In this document: positions 43,945 through 53,413 of the stretch, in pieces
How positions within the stretch are numbered: the stretch's first letter is position 1
How the letters are laid out: every line of letters begins with the position of its first letter
Sequence record: OL770073.2
Strand: one strand, 5' to 3'
DNA: 64,000 bases
From: Escherichia phage vB_EcoM-RPN226
Notes under the pieces: generated by a model
The model's input: only the letters and a program-made list of their open reading frames with translations
The model's database searches: none
Told to the model about the DNA's origin: nothing
Program-made: the position numbers and the translations under genes

Positions 43945-44000
43945 ATGCTTTAAGAATTATTTGTTATTATTAATTCATCTGTTAACAAAAAGGAAAAATG

Positions 44001-44336
44001 ATGTCTGAAGTACAACAGCTACCAATTCGTGCTGTCGGTGAATATGTTATTTTAGTTTCTGAACCTGCACAAGCCGGTGATGAAGAAGTTACAGAATCAG
44101 GACTTATTATCGGTAAACGTGTTCAAGGTGAAGTTCCTGAACTGTGTGTAGTTCACTCTGTTGGTCCTGATGTTCCTGAAGGTTTCTGCGAAGTTGGTGA
44201 TTTGACTTCTCTTCCAGTTGGTCAAATTCGAAACGTTCCGCATCCTTTTGTAGCTCTGGGTCTTAAGCAGCCAAAAGAAATTAAACAAAAATTCGTTACC
44301 TGTCACTATAAAGCTATTCCGTGTCTTTATAAGTGA
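44001..44336 (+). CDS. 31: co-chaperonin gp31 (GroES analogue)
   Basis: 111 aa from [40 protein letters not shown]... Confidence 0.9.
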
Positions 44337-44344
44337 TATAAATA
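44337..44344 (+). promoter_or_regulatory. T4 late promoter TATAAATA
   Basis: exact TATAAATA immediately after the gene 31 stop, upstream of rIII. Confidence 0.5.
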
Positions 44345-44483
44345 ATAATATGAATTGGGTGTCGGAATAATAAGTTAACCGAACAATTCTATGTGGTAGT
44401 CTACAACTGAGAGATCTGTCGAAAGAAGATGAAATTCAGAAGAACGTGACTACCGAGTTTTAATCTCTAACGAGAATTTTTAA

Positions 44484-44732
44484 ATGATTAAACAATTACA
44501 ACACGCTCTTGAACTGCAACGAAACGCATGGAATAATGGTCACGAAAACTATGGCGCATCTATTGATGTTGAAGCCGAAGCTCTTGAAATCCTGCGTTAT
44601 TTCAAACATCTGAATCCTGCTCAAACTGCACTAGCTGCTGAGCTTCAGGAAAAAGATGAACTTAAATATGCTAAGCCTCTGGCTTCTGCTGCACGAAAAG
44701 CAGTTCGTCACTTTGTGGTAACACTGAAGTAA
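44484..44732 (+). CDS. rIII: rIII lysis-inhibition accessory protein
   Basis: 82 aa; MIKQLQHALELQRNAWNNGHENYGASIDVEAEALEILRYFKHLNPAQTALAAELQEK... Confidence 0.85.
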   Translation: MIKQLQHALELQRNAWNNGHENYGASIDVEAEALEILRYFKHLNPAQTALAAELQEKDELKYAKPLASAARKAVRHFVVTLK

Positions 44733-45130
44733 TTTATTGGAGATTCACTGCCTTAGTGTGAGCTAAAATCGAGGAGCCGTCGAACTGTCTGATTAATGAT
44801 TTGCGAATCATTATAGTTTTAAGACCCCGGCAGTTTTACGGTGTACCTCTTGAATGTTATTCTTATAGCGGCAAGTGCATGCTACCCCGAGGTGATGGCC
44901 AATCGGGAGTACGCCTCAAGTCCTATATATCCATCAGTATATATCTTATCCTCGAGAAATCGAACCCGGAACCTTTAAGCTAACGGTGTGCAACAGATAA
45001 GAGCTATAAGGTATGATGACGGGTTTATGGTTATCCTGGTCGTTAAATATTCAAAAACCTATGTTCCCCTTGAGGGCTTGCGCAGGCAATGCCAATAAGT
45101 CCTGCATTTTCATTTAAAAGAGAATTTATA

Positions 45131-45307
45131 ATGGCAAAACAAGCTAAAGCAAAGAAAGCAGTTGAAAAGAAAGTTGGTGATTCTAAACGCGCTGGTTACA
45201 AGCGTGGGTCGAACTCTCGTATCAATCAAACTGTTGAGAAGATCATGCGCCGAGCACGTGCGGTTCTTCGAGATGATGCTTCTCGTTTTGGTAAGCAGAA
45301 AGCATAA
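45131..45307 (+). CDS. small basic protein
   Basis: 58-aa Lys/Arg-rich ORF followed by a strong terminator. Confidence 0.45.
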   Translation: MAKQAKAKKAVEKKVGDSKRAGYKRGSNSRINQTVEKIMRRARAVLRDDASRFGKQKA

Positions 45308-45310
45308 GTT

Positions 45311-45340
45311 AAGGACTCCTTCGGGAGTCCTTTTTTATTT
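45311..45340 (+). terminator. intrinsic terminator
   Basis: AAGGACTCCTTCGGGAGTCCTT hairpin plus T6 tract. Confidence 0.75.
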
Positions 45341-45362
45341 TCCAAAGATTTGCATAAAGTTG

Positions 45363-45391
45363 TTTACAGTATAGTTCCTTTGTGATAGTAT
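45363..45391 (+). promoter_or_regulatory. T4-type early promoter
   Basis: TTTACA, 17-bp spacer, TAGTAT; GGAG RBS before the ATG at 45419. Confidence 0.55.
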
Positions 45392-45418
45392 TATCTTACA
45401 CAAACAAAGGAGAATAAA

Positions 45419-45679
45419 ATGAAAACGATTAATCTGAACGCCACAGTTAAAACTAAATGCTTCAATGGTAAATATGATGAAACTATGTGGTTCTTAATGG
45501 CAGTTGAAGGTGATATTATTGAAGTAGCGATCCAAAACAGGGGCTTTCGTGATGCATTACAAGCCTCGAAAGGAAAAGTTTTGAAGCACAGCATGGCTAG
45601 TTGTCTAACAAAAGATGATACAATACTAACCGAAGCTGAATTTATTGATGTGTTAAACCTATTAAGAGACTCTCTATGA
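45419..45679 (+). CDS. hypothetical protein
   Basis: 86-aa ORF. Confidence 0.5.
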   Translation: MKTINLNATVKTKCFNGKYDETMWFLMAVEGDIIEVAIQNRGFRDALQASKGKVLKHSMASCLTKDDTILTEAEFIDVLNLLRDSL

Positions 45680-46548
45680 AGCCAACTATTTTAACTGATA
45701 TTGATGGAGTATGTTTAAGCTGGCAATCAGGCCTTCCTTATTTTGCTCAGAAATATAATCTTCCGTTAGAACATATTTTAAAAATGATCCAAGATGAGAA
45801 ATTTATTTCTCCAGGTAAACTCTTTAATTGTGATGAAGAACTTGGCGTCAAGTTAATTGAAAAATATAATCGATCAGATTTTATTCGTTACTTGTCTCCA
45901 TATAAAGATGCTCTGTGTGTAATTAACAAATTAAAAGAAGATTATAATTTTGTAGCTGTTACAGCACTGGGTGATTCTATTGACGCTCTGTTGAATCGTC
46001 AATTTAATTTGAATGCTCTTTTTCCTGGTGCCTTTTCAGAAGTACTGATGTGTGGTCATGATTCTTCAAAAGAAGAGTTGTTCAAAAAGGCAAAAGAGAA
46101 ATATAACGTAATTTGTTATATTGACGATCTCGCTCACCACTGCGATCACGCGAGTGAAATATTAAATGTTCCAGTTTATTGGATGGCTCGAGGAGAGCGT
46201 GACAGTATTCCAAAAACTGCACAGCGAGTTTATACATGGAATGATGTAGAAAATAAGCTTTTTTCGCCGAAGGAAAATAAAGAAAGTTTTGATAGTGAAA
46301 AAGCTATAAAAGATGTAATTGAGAAGATGGTTAAAAACGATTCTTTTCCTTGGAACACTACCTGGAGAACACCTGGATTTAATCCGTATAATCCATATTA
46401 TACACATCCATATAATCCATATAATCCATATTATACACACCCGTATCATATGAATCCATTCCATACGTGGAGTTATACTAAGCCTGGTGATGCAGGGTAT
46501 TTTAATAGATTTACTAGTGGTGATAATATTTTCCAAGGAGCATTCTAA
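45676..46548 (+). CDS. HAD-like hydrolase with C-terminal Tyr/Pro-rich repeat tail
   Basis: 290 aa; N-terminal DIDGV motif; C-terminal NPYNPYYTHPY repeats. Confidence 0.55.
   Translation: MKPTILTDIDGVCLSWQSGLPYFAQKYNLPLEHILKMIQDEKFISPGKLFNCDEELGVKLIEKYNRSDFIRYLSPYKDALCVINKLKEDYNFVAVTALGDSIDALLNRQFNLNALFPGAFSEVLMCGHDSSKEELFKKAKEKYNVICYIDDLAHHCDHASEILNVPVYWMARGERDSIPKTAQRVYTWNDVENKLFSPKENKESFDSEKAIKDVIEKMVKNDSFPWNTTWRTPGFNPYNPYYTHPYNPYNPYYTHPYHMNPFHTWSYTKPGDAGYFNRFTSGDNIFQGAF
46381..46446 (+). repeat. tandem 2 x 33-bp coding repeat built from AATCCATAT 9-mers
   Basis: AATCCGTATAATCCATATTATACACATCCATAT followed by AATCCATATAATCCATATTATACACACCCGTAT. Confidence 0.8.
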
Positions 46549-46724
46549 TGTTTGTCGTTCACACTATTTATGAAAATGAAGGTAATACTACACGTGATTA
46601 CGGTCACGTAAATCAATTTTTTAGATGCAATCCAGAATTCCGAGCTCAAAAAGACGAACGAATTTTTAAAAAAATGTGTAGAGCAAGGTTTCATTTACGT
46701 CAAGCACTGGATGCAAGGAAATAA
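46548..46724 (+). CDS. hypothetical small protein
   Basis: 58-aa ORF. Confidence 0.4.
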   Translation: MFVVHTIYENEGNTTRDYGHVNQFFRCNPEFRAQKDERIFKKMCRARFHLRQALDARK

Positions 46725-46814
46725 AGTTAGAACTACATATCATAAGTCTTTGCCTGAGCTTAATGATGAATTGATTTATAATAGAGCTGTAAACCAAACC
46801 TTGAAGGATGAGTA

Positions 46815-48275
46815 ATGATTCTTAAAATTCTGAATGAAATAGCATCTATTGGTTCAACTAAGCAGAAGCAAGCAATTCTTGAAAAGAATAAAGATAATGA
46901 ATTGCTTAAACGAGTATATCGTCTGACTTATTCTCGTGGGTTACAGTATTATATCAAGAAATGGCCTAAACCTGGTATTGCTACCCAGAGTTTTGGAATG
47001 TTGACTATTACCGATATGCTTGACTTCATTGAATTCACGTTAGCTACTCGGAAATTAACTGGCAATGCAGCAATTGAGGAATTAACTGGATATATCACCG
47101 ATGGTAAAAAGGATGATGTTGAAGTTTTGCGTCGAGTTATGATGCGAGACCTTGAATGCGGTGCTTCAGTATCTATTGCAAACAAAGTTTGGCCAGGTTT
47201 AATTCCTGAACAACCTCAAATGCTGGCAAGTTCTTATGATGAAAAAGGCATTAGTAAGAATATCAAGTTTCCAGCTTTTGCGCAGTTAAAAGCAGATGGA
47301 GCTCGGTGTTTTGCTGAAGTACGAGGCGATGAATTAGATGATGTTCGTCTTTTATCGCGAGCTGGTAATGAATATCTAGGATTAGATCTTCTTAAGGAAG
47401 AGTTAATCAAAATGACTGCTGAAGCCCGCCAGATTCATCCAGAAGGTGTGTTAATTGATGGTGAATTGGTATACCATGAGCAAGTTAAAAAGGAACCAGA
47501 AGGCCTAGATTTTCTTTTTGACACTCCTGAAATTAGCAAAGCTAAAGAATTCGCCGAAGTAGCGGAATCTCGTACTGCTTCTAATGGAATCGCCAATAAA
47601 TCCTTAAAAGGAACCATTTCCGAAAAAGAAGCCAAATGCATGAAGTTTCAGGTCTGGGATTATGTCCCGTTGGTAGAAATATACGGTCTTCCGGCGTTTC
47701 GTTTAAAATATGATGTACGTTTTTCTAAACTAGAACAAATGACATCAGGATATGATAAAGTAATTTTAATTGAAAACCAGGTAGTAAATAACCTAGATGA
47801 AGCTAAGGTAATTTATAAAAAGTATATTGACCAAGGTCTTGAAGGTATTATTCTCAAAAATACCGATGGATTGTGGGAAAATGCTCGTTCAAAAAATCTC
47901 TATAAATTTAAAGAAGTAATTGATGTTGATTTAAAAATTGTAGGAATTTATCCTCACCGTAAAGACCCTACTAAAGCAGGTGGATTTATTCTTGAATCAG
48001 AGTGCGGAAAAATTAAAGTAAATGCAGGTTCAGGCTTAAAAGATAAAGCCGGTGTAAAATCACATGAACTTGACCGTACTCGCATTATGGAAAACCAAAA
48101 TTATTATATTGGAAAAATTCTAGAGTGCGAATGCAATGGTTGGTTAAAATCTGATGGCCGCACTGATTACGTTAAATTATTTCTTCCAATTGCGATTCGT
48201 TTACGTGAAGATAAAACTAAAGCCAATACATTCGAGGATGTATTTGGTGATTTTCATGAGGTAACTGGTCTATGA
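46815..48275 (+). CDS. 30: ATP-dependent DNA ligase
   Basis: 486 aa; adenylation-site lysine motif FAQLKADGARC. Confidence 0.9.
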   Translation: MILKILNEIASIGSTKQKQAILEKNKDNELLKRVYRLTYSRGLQYYIKKWPKPGIATQSFGMLTITDMLDFIEFTLATRKLTGNAAIEELTGYITDGKKDDVEVLRRVMMRDLECGASVSIANKVWPGLIPEQPQMLASSYDEKGISKNIKFPAFAQLKADGARCFAEVRGDELDDVRLLSRAGNEYLGLDLLKEELIKMTAEARQIHPEGVLIDGELVYHEQVKKEPEGLDFLFDTPEISKAKEFAEVAESRTASNGIANKSLKGTISEKEAKCMKFQVWDYVPLVEIYGLPAFRLKYDVRFSKLEQMTSGYDKVILIENQVVNNLDEAKVIYKKYIDQGLEGIILKNTDGLWENARSKNLYKFKEVIDVDLKIVGIYPHRKDPTKAGGFILESECGKIKVNAGSGLKDKAGVKSHELDRTRIMENQNYYIGKILECECNGWLKSDGRTDYVKLFLPIAIRLREDKTKANTFEDVFGDFHEVTGL

Positions 48276-48460
48276 AAGCTTACTTAGAAACAATTGTCGT
48301 GGCTCAAAAAGAAGGTGGAGATGTTTCTACTTCTGTATCACAAATCGTTCTCGAATTTGTAGATGCATATGCTTATAATAAATTTACAGAAACATTTGAT
48401 GCCTATGAAAAAGGGCCAAAGTTTGAAATATACCGTACTCTCTTACCATTAGATTATTAA
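48272..48460 (+). CDS. hypothetical protein
   Basis: 62-aa ORF, ATGA-coupled to ligase. Confidence 0.45.
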   Translation: MKAYLETIVVAQKEGGDVSTSVSQIVLEFVDAYAYNKFTETFDAYEKGPKFEIYRTLLPLDY

Positions 48461-48480
48461 AGGCCTTCGGGCCTTTAATT
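48460..48480 (+). terminator. intrinsic terminator hairpin (UUCG loop)
   Basis: AGGCCTTCGGGCCT followed by TTAATTTT. Confidence 0.6.
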
Positions 48481-48512
48481 TTATAAATAGAATAAACACT
48501 AGAGAGGATATG

Positions 48513-50606
48513 ATGGAACTTATTACAGAATTATTTGACGAAGATACTACTCTTCCGATTACAAACTTAAATCCAAAGAAGAAAATACCGCAAATTTTTT
48601 CAGTTCATGTTGATGACGCAATTGAACAACCAGGCTTTCGTTTATGTACCTATACATCTGGAGGTGATACTAATCGCGATTTAAAAATGGGCGATAAAAT
48701 GATGCATATTGTTCCTTTTACATTAACTGCTAAAGGTTCAATTGCTAAATTAAAAGGTCTCGGTCCAAGCCCAATTAATTATATCAATTCAGTTTTTACT
48801 GTTGCAATGCAGACGATGCGTCAGTATAAAATTGATGCCTGTATGCTCCGTATTCTTAAGTCTAAAACTGCTGGTCAAGCTCGACAAATTCAAGTTATTG
48901 CTGATAGACTTATCCGTAGTCGTTCAGGTGGCAGATACGTCCTTCTTAAGGAACTCTGGGATTATGATAAAAAGTATGCATATATTCTTATACATCGCAA
49001 AAATGTATCACTAGAAGACATTCCAGGAGTTCCGGAAATTAGTACCGAGCTCTTTACTAAAGTTGAATCGAAAGTCGGCGATGTTTATATCAATAAAGAT
49101 ACTGGAGCTCAAGTAACTAAAAATGAGGCAATTGCTGCATCTATTGCGCAAGAAAATGATAAACGTTCTGACCAAGCTGTAATCGTTAAAGTTAAAATTT
49201 CCCGTAGAGCAATTGCGCAAAGTCAGTCATTGGAATCTTCTAGATTTGAAAGCGAATTATTCCAGAAGTATGAATCTACCGCAGCTAATTTCAATAAACC
49301 TGCTACCGCTCCTTTAATTCCCGAAGCAGAAGAAATGAAGCTTGGAATTAATTCATTAGCTTCTAAAACTAAAGCAGCAAAAATTATTGCCGAAGGAACT
49401 GCAGATGAACTTCACTATGATTATAAATTCTTTTCAAAAAGTGAGGTTAATGAAGTTTCTGAAAAAATTAAAGATGTAATTCTTAATGCGATTAAAAATG
49501 AACCGACTACTTCAATAAAATGTTTAGAGAAATACGCAGCAGCTGTTAATCAATTATTTGAAGAATATAAAGATAATTGGCTTGATAAACATAATAAAAC
49601 CCGTAAAGGACAGCCAGATGAAGTCTGGGAAGAAATGACTAAAAATTCCTGGAACGCAGCAAAAACTAAATTCCTCAAAAGAATGATTTACAGCTTTTCT
49701 GGAATTGGTGCAGGTCCAATGATTGATATTACTATTGCCCGTGATGGTTCTAAATATACTCCATCACAAAAGCGTGGCATTAGAGAGTATTGTGGTTCAG
49801 GATATACTGACATCAATAATCTTCTTTTGGGTCGTTACAATCCAGAACGATATGATGTAATGAGTGAAAAAGAAATTGAATCTGCGATAAATAATTTAGA
49901 TTCAGCCTTTGAAAATGGTGACCGTATACCAGAAGGCATTACAGTTTATCGCGCTCAAAGCATGACTGCTCCTATATACGAAGCACTAGTTAAAAATAAA
50001 GTGTTCTATTTCAGAAATTTTGTATCTACTTCTTTAACTCCTATCATTTTTGGACGTTTTGGAATTACGCATGCTGGTATTGGTCTTTTAGAACCAGAAG
50101 CTCGTAATGAATTGACAGTTGATAAAAATGAAGAAGGAATAACTATTAATCCAAGCGAAATAAGAGCGTATAAAGAAAATCCTGAATACGTTAAAGTTCA
50201 AATAGGATGGGCAATTGATGGAGCTCATAAAGTTAATGTTGTATATCCAGGAAATCTCGGAATAGCAACAGAAGCTGAAGTTATTCTACCACGCGGATTG
50301 ATGGTCAAAGTTAATAAAATAACTGATGCTTCTAATAATGACGGAACAACATCTAATAATACAAAACTCATTCAAGCTGAAGTTATGACCACGGAAGAAC
50401 TCACCGAATCAGTCATTTATGACGGTGACCGTCTAATGGAAACCGGTGAAGTAGTTGCAATGACAGATGATATTGAAATAGAAGACAGAGTTGACTTTGC
50501 ATCATTTGTTTCATCAAATGCTAAACAAAAAGTAGAATCATCTCTTGGAATTATTGCGTCTTGCATAGATATTGCAAATATGCCTTACAAGTTCGTTCAA
50601 GGATAA
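48513..50606 (+). CDS. alt: ADP-ribosyltransferase Alt (packaged, modifies host RNA polymerase)
   Basis: 697 aa from MELITELFDEDTTLPITNLNPKKKIPQIFSVHVDD... Confidence 0.85.
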   Translation: MELITELFDEDTTLPITNLNPKKKIPQIFSVHVDDAIEQPGFRLCTYTSGGDTNRDLKMGDKMMHIVPFTLTAKGSIAKLKGLGPSPINYINSVFTVAMQTMRQYKIDACMLRILKSKTAGQARQIQVIADRLIRSRSGGRYVLLKELWDYDKKYAYILIHRKNVSLEDIPGVPEISTELFTKVESKVGDVYINKDTGAQVTKNEAIAASIAQENDKRSDQAVIVKVKISRRAIAQSQSLESSRFESELFQKYESTAANFNKPATAPLIPEAEEMKLGINSLASKTKAAKIIAEGTADELHYDYKFFSKSEVNEVSEKIKDVILNAIKNEPTTSIKCLEKYAAAVNQLFEEYKDNWLDKHNKTRKGQPDEVWEEMTKNSWNAAKTKFLKRMIYSFSGIGAGPMIDITIARDGSKYTPSQKRGIREYCGSGYTDINNLLLGRYNPERYDVMSEKEIESAINNLDSAFENGDRIPEGITVYRAQSMTAPIYEALVKNKVFYFRNFVSTSLTPIIFGRFGITHAGIGLLEPEARNELTVDKNEEGITINPSEIRAYKENPEYVKVQIGWAIDGAHKVNVVYPGNLGIATEAEVILPRGLMVKVNKITDASNNDGTTSNNTKLIQAEVMTTEELTESVIYDGDRLMETGEVVAMTDDIEIEDRVDFASFVSSNAKQKVESSLGIIASCIDIANMPYKFVQG

Positions 50607-50609
50607 ATC

Positions 50610-50795
50610 ATGGAACTTATTACAGAATTATTTGACGGCGCTTCGGCGCCGGTTGTTAACTTAAATCCTAAGCATAAAATACCACAAATTTTTGCTATTC
50701 AAGCCGGCGAAGAAAGCGTGCTTCCTAGATTTAGATTTTGTACATACACCTCTGGCGGTGATACGAATAAAACGTTAAGCCGGGCGATAAAATGA
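50610..50795 (+). pseudogene. alt N-terminal paralog fragment, part 1
   Basis: MELITELFDGASAPVVNLNPKHKIPQIFAIQAGEE... parallels Alt residues 1-60; ends at a TGA created by a 1-nt length difference relative to alt. Confidence 0.6.
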
Positions 50796-50995
50796 TGCAT
50801 ATCGTAATGATAGGTGTTAATGAGAAACTATCATTAGTTAAGCTTAAAAACTTGGGTGGAAATCCAATTGGTGTCATTAATGCTGTTTTTGATGCTGCTC
50901 TTCAAACAATGAAACAGTATAAAATCGACGCATGCCTATTACGCGTACTAAAAAGTTCAAAATGTAGTTTACAAGTCCCTCGTGTTGTGTTATAG
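50792..50995 (+). pseudogene. alt N-terminal paralog fragment, part 2
   Basis: MMHIVMIGVNEKLSLVKLKNLGGNPIGVINAVFDAALQTMKQYKIDACLLRVLKS parallels Alt residues ~64-120; ATGA overlap with part 1. Confidence 0.6.
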
Positions 50996-50996
50996 T
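50968..50996 (+). promoter_or_regulatory. sigma70-type promoter within repeated cassette, copy 2
   Basis: TTTACA, 17-bp spacer, TATAGT; near-identical to 38869-38923. Confidence 0.55.
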
Positions 50997-51027
50997 AGTC
51001 TTACTGACATAACACGAGGAACACAAA

Positions 51028-51318
51028 ATGAAATCTTCTTTACGCTTTTTAGGTCAAGAACTTGTAGTTGAAGGCGTTATTCCTGCTGATAATGCTTTTA
51101 ATGAAGCAGTTTATGATGAATTTATCAAAATTTTCGGAACAGATAAAAAGTTTGGAATTTTTCCTTCTGAAAATTTTTCAAAGCCAGAACAGACTGAAAG
51201 TATTTTTCAGGGTGTAGTAACAGGTAAATTTGAGTCAGAAGCTCCGGTAAAAATTGAAGTTTATATTGAAGACAGTTTAGTTGCTTCAGTTGCTGCTTTC
51301 ATTTCATTCCGTAAATAA
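51028..51318 (+). CDS. hypothetical protein
   Basis: 96-aa ORF with GAGGA RBS downstream of cassette copy 2. Confidence 0.5.
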   Translation: MKSSLRFLGQELVVEGVIPADNAFNEAVYDEFIKIFGTDKKFGIFPSENFSKPEQTESIFQGVVTGKFESEAPVKIEVYIEDSLVASVAAFISFRK

Positions 51319-51324
51319 AAATAT

Positions 51325-51346
51325 GGGGACCTTTCGGTCCCCATTG
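51325..51346. terminator. bidirectional terminator hairpin between convergent genes
   Basis: GGGGACCTTTCGGTCCCC between the + ORF ending at 51318 and minus-strand gene 54. Confidence 0.6.
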
Positions 51347-51390
51347 TTATATTACTCCTAATATTTTACTTTGCGAATTGACAATTCCTG

Positions 51391-52311
51391 TCATAGTATA
51401 ATGTTGGAAATGCTTCCAGCAGTTCCCCCTAATCTACTGAGTCGTGAAAGCGAATTAGATAGTCCAGTAACACCTCCACTATTTCCGAGAACGCTTTGAA
51501 TACCATTTATAGCAGCAGATTCAAGCCATTCAAGCGCAGCTTGCCTATCAACTGCTCCAGCCTGCATGACTCTATACGCAAAAGTAACATCAAATGTAGT
51601 TATTTGGTTATCTCCATCATATGATAACTCAGGAGCGCTCACTGATATTGGAATGCATCCGGTGAACATCACCGCAGTATGAGGCAATCCATTACGAGAA
51701 TGAAGATTAACCTGAATATCTGCCTCGACATCTTGTGGCAAAGCACGTAATCCAGTTACTGGGTCTTGAACGGAGTTAACCCAGTCTTGCATCGCACGAT
51801 AGTTACAAGCTTCTGAATCCATCCTAAATGAAATAACCAAAGGGTCTAATTCTCTCCCAGTTATACGAATATTAGGAGAATTATAGTTCCAGTCAGTTTC
51901 ATAGGATAATCTATTCTCTGGCATTTTTACAGAATATATCATCAATCCAGATGAGTTATATGCCATGTTAAAGAAGTCAATTAAATATGTACCAACTGTA
52001 AATGAGCCCAATAAACTTTGAACTGTGCGTTGACTCATGGCACCAATAAGATATTTACTAACCCCTGATTTTCTTATCAGTTTTTGTGTGCCAGCAGTAA
52101 TTAGCGTGGTAATTCCCTGATTAATATCGCCTTGAGTCAATCCTAACCAATCTGAATTTAGACCCAAGTTATTATAAGAAAAGTTGCTAATTGAACTTAT
52201 CAACGAAGAGCTTTTAGTTGATGGAGTTGTCGCAAAAACGCAGCTAAACATATTATTACGTTGGAAATCTGCGTTTATTGCTTGATTATTAAATTCCTCT
52301 AAAGAATACAT
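51391..52311 (-). CDS. 54: baseplate tail-tube initiator gp54
   Basis: 306 aa; synteny downstream of gene 48. Confidence 0.8.
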   Translation of the reverse strand: MYSLEEFNNQAINADFQRNNMFSCVFATTPSTKSSSLISSISNFSYNNLGLNSDWLGLTQGDINQGITTLITAGTQKLIRKSGVSKYLIGAMSQRTVQSLLGSFTVGTYLIDFFNMAYNSSGLMIYSVKMPENRLSYETDWNYNSPNIRITGRELDPLVISFRMDSEACNYRAMQDWVNSVQDPVTGLRALPQDVEADIQVNLHSRNGLPHTAVMFTGCIPISVSAPELSYDGDNQITTFDVTFAYRVMQAGAVDRQAALEWLESAAINGIQSVLGNSGGVTGLSNSLSRLSRLGGTAGSISNIIL

Positions 52312-53405
52312 TAAAAAGTCCCCGCATATAAAGAAGCACGGTTTAACGTGATAATTTCTCTCATAGTAATCTCAAGAGTAAATGTACTAGGGAGGTTTGG
52401 AGCAATAGCTAATCCGTTAAAGTTACCATTAGGTGTTTTATCAAATCTGATGCTCTGTATTTGGCATGGGCCAAATATTTCCGTTTTTCCATCAAACTTA
52501 GATGTTGCGCCAAAGTTTTTCACCATCCAAATTGTCGGGTTTGAAACTACTAGAACGTTAGTTAAACTCGATGTCATTTTCTCAAATAGTGTTTTATTTT
52601 TAGCTGCGTCTTCCGGAGATAAAGGTTCAATTAAAGTAGAACGATACCAATCATCTAAATACCCCTTTATTTCAGCAGCATATTGAGATTTACCCGTTTC
52701 ACCATAAGAAAAATAGTTAAAATATTGATAGATATTAATAATAGCCATTAAATCTTCTGTTGAACGTGGCGTCAAATCCCATGTAAACACTTTAGTTCTA
52801 TTCTCAGCACCGCCATACATACTTCTGGCTGTCGTATAAATCTGTTCATTATTATCAGCCATTATACCTTGCGTTATACTTTCCAGTGCCCCAAATACTG
52901 CAGTTGAAGCAATATTACTTAACACGCCAGTAGCAGTACCTCCGCCTCTGCTGATAAGGCTTTCTTGGACATCGTTAAATCTATGTGATGATGTATCAAC
53001 GTCAGATTTAGATCTCGGTAAAAGAATATTTGCCACAGGAGCTTTACTTATTGTTCCTGAATTATTGTTTGATATTAATCCATTTGATAGTTTTGATACT
53101 GTACTACTAATAGTGTTTCTAGCTGTACTTAAAATACTCGAAGATGAAGAAGAGTAGTTAGATCTCATCGATCTAAGACTTCCAGAATCCCTAGATGACA
53201 TATTGTATGCAGTAAATAATAATCCATTCTTATATAGATCTGTTACCTGGAAGTCCCCTGTAGTGTCATTACCACTAGCACGCCCAGTTGGAAACTGGGC
53301 AGTGTATGTTTTAGTTACTACTTCTGATTTAGTACTCTGTCCGGCTGAAATTTTCTCACCGGACTTTTTAATTAAATCAGCAGTTATTTCTTTAACAATT
53401 GCCAT
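52311..53405 (-). CDS. 48: baseplate tail-tube junction protein gp48
   Basis: 364 aa; synteny. Confidence 0.85.
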   Translation of the reverse strand: MAIVKEITADLIKKSGEKISAGQSTKSEVVTKTYTAQFPTGRASGNDTTGDFQVTDLYKNGLLFTAYNMSSRDSGSLRSMRSNYSSSSSSILSTARNTISSTVSKLSNGLISNNNSGTISKAPVANILLPRSKSDVDTSSHRFNDVQESLISRGGGTATGVLSNIASTAVFGALESITQGIMADNNEQIYTTARSMYGGAENRTKVFTWDLTPRSTEDLMAIINIYQYFNYFSYGETGKSQYAAEIKGYLDDWYRSTLIEPLSPEDAAKNKTLFEKMTSSLTNVLVVSNPTIWMVKNFGATSKFDGKTEIFGPCQIQSIRFDKTPNGNFNGLAIAPNLPSTFTLEITMREIITLNRASLYAGTF

Positions 53406-53413
53406 ATTATTCC

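Noticed and set aside
44900-45000. tRNA gene suggested by a minus-strand GGTTCGATT T-loop-like motif in the GC-rich region
   Set aside because: Flanking sequence does not form a 5-bp T-stem, and no anticodon arm, D-arm or acceptor stem could be traced by eye. Left as an unexplained region rather than an RNA gene.
50780-50800. Programmed ribosomal frameshift joining the two alt-like fragments
   Set aside because: The junction is an ATGA stop/start overlap with no slippery heptamer or downstream structure. A 1-nt indel relative to alt explains it more simply as a pseudogene or a coupled small-ORF pair.
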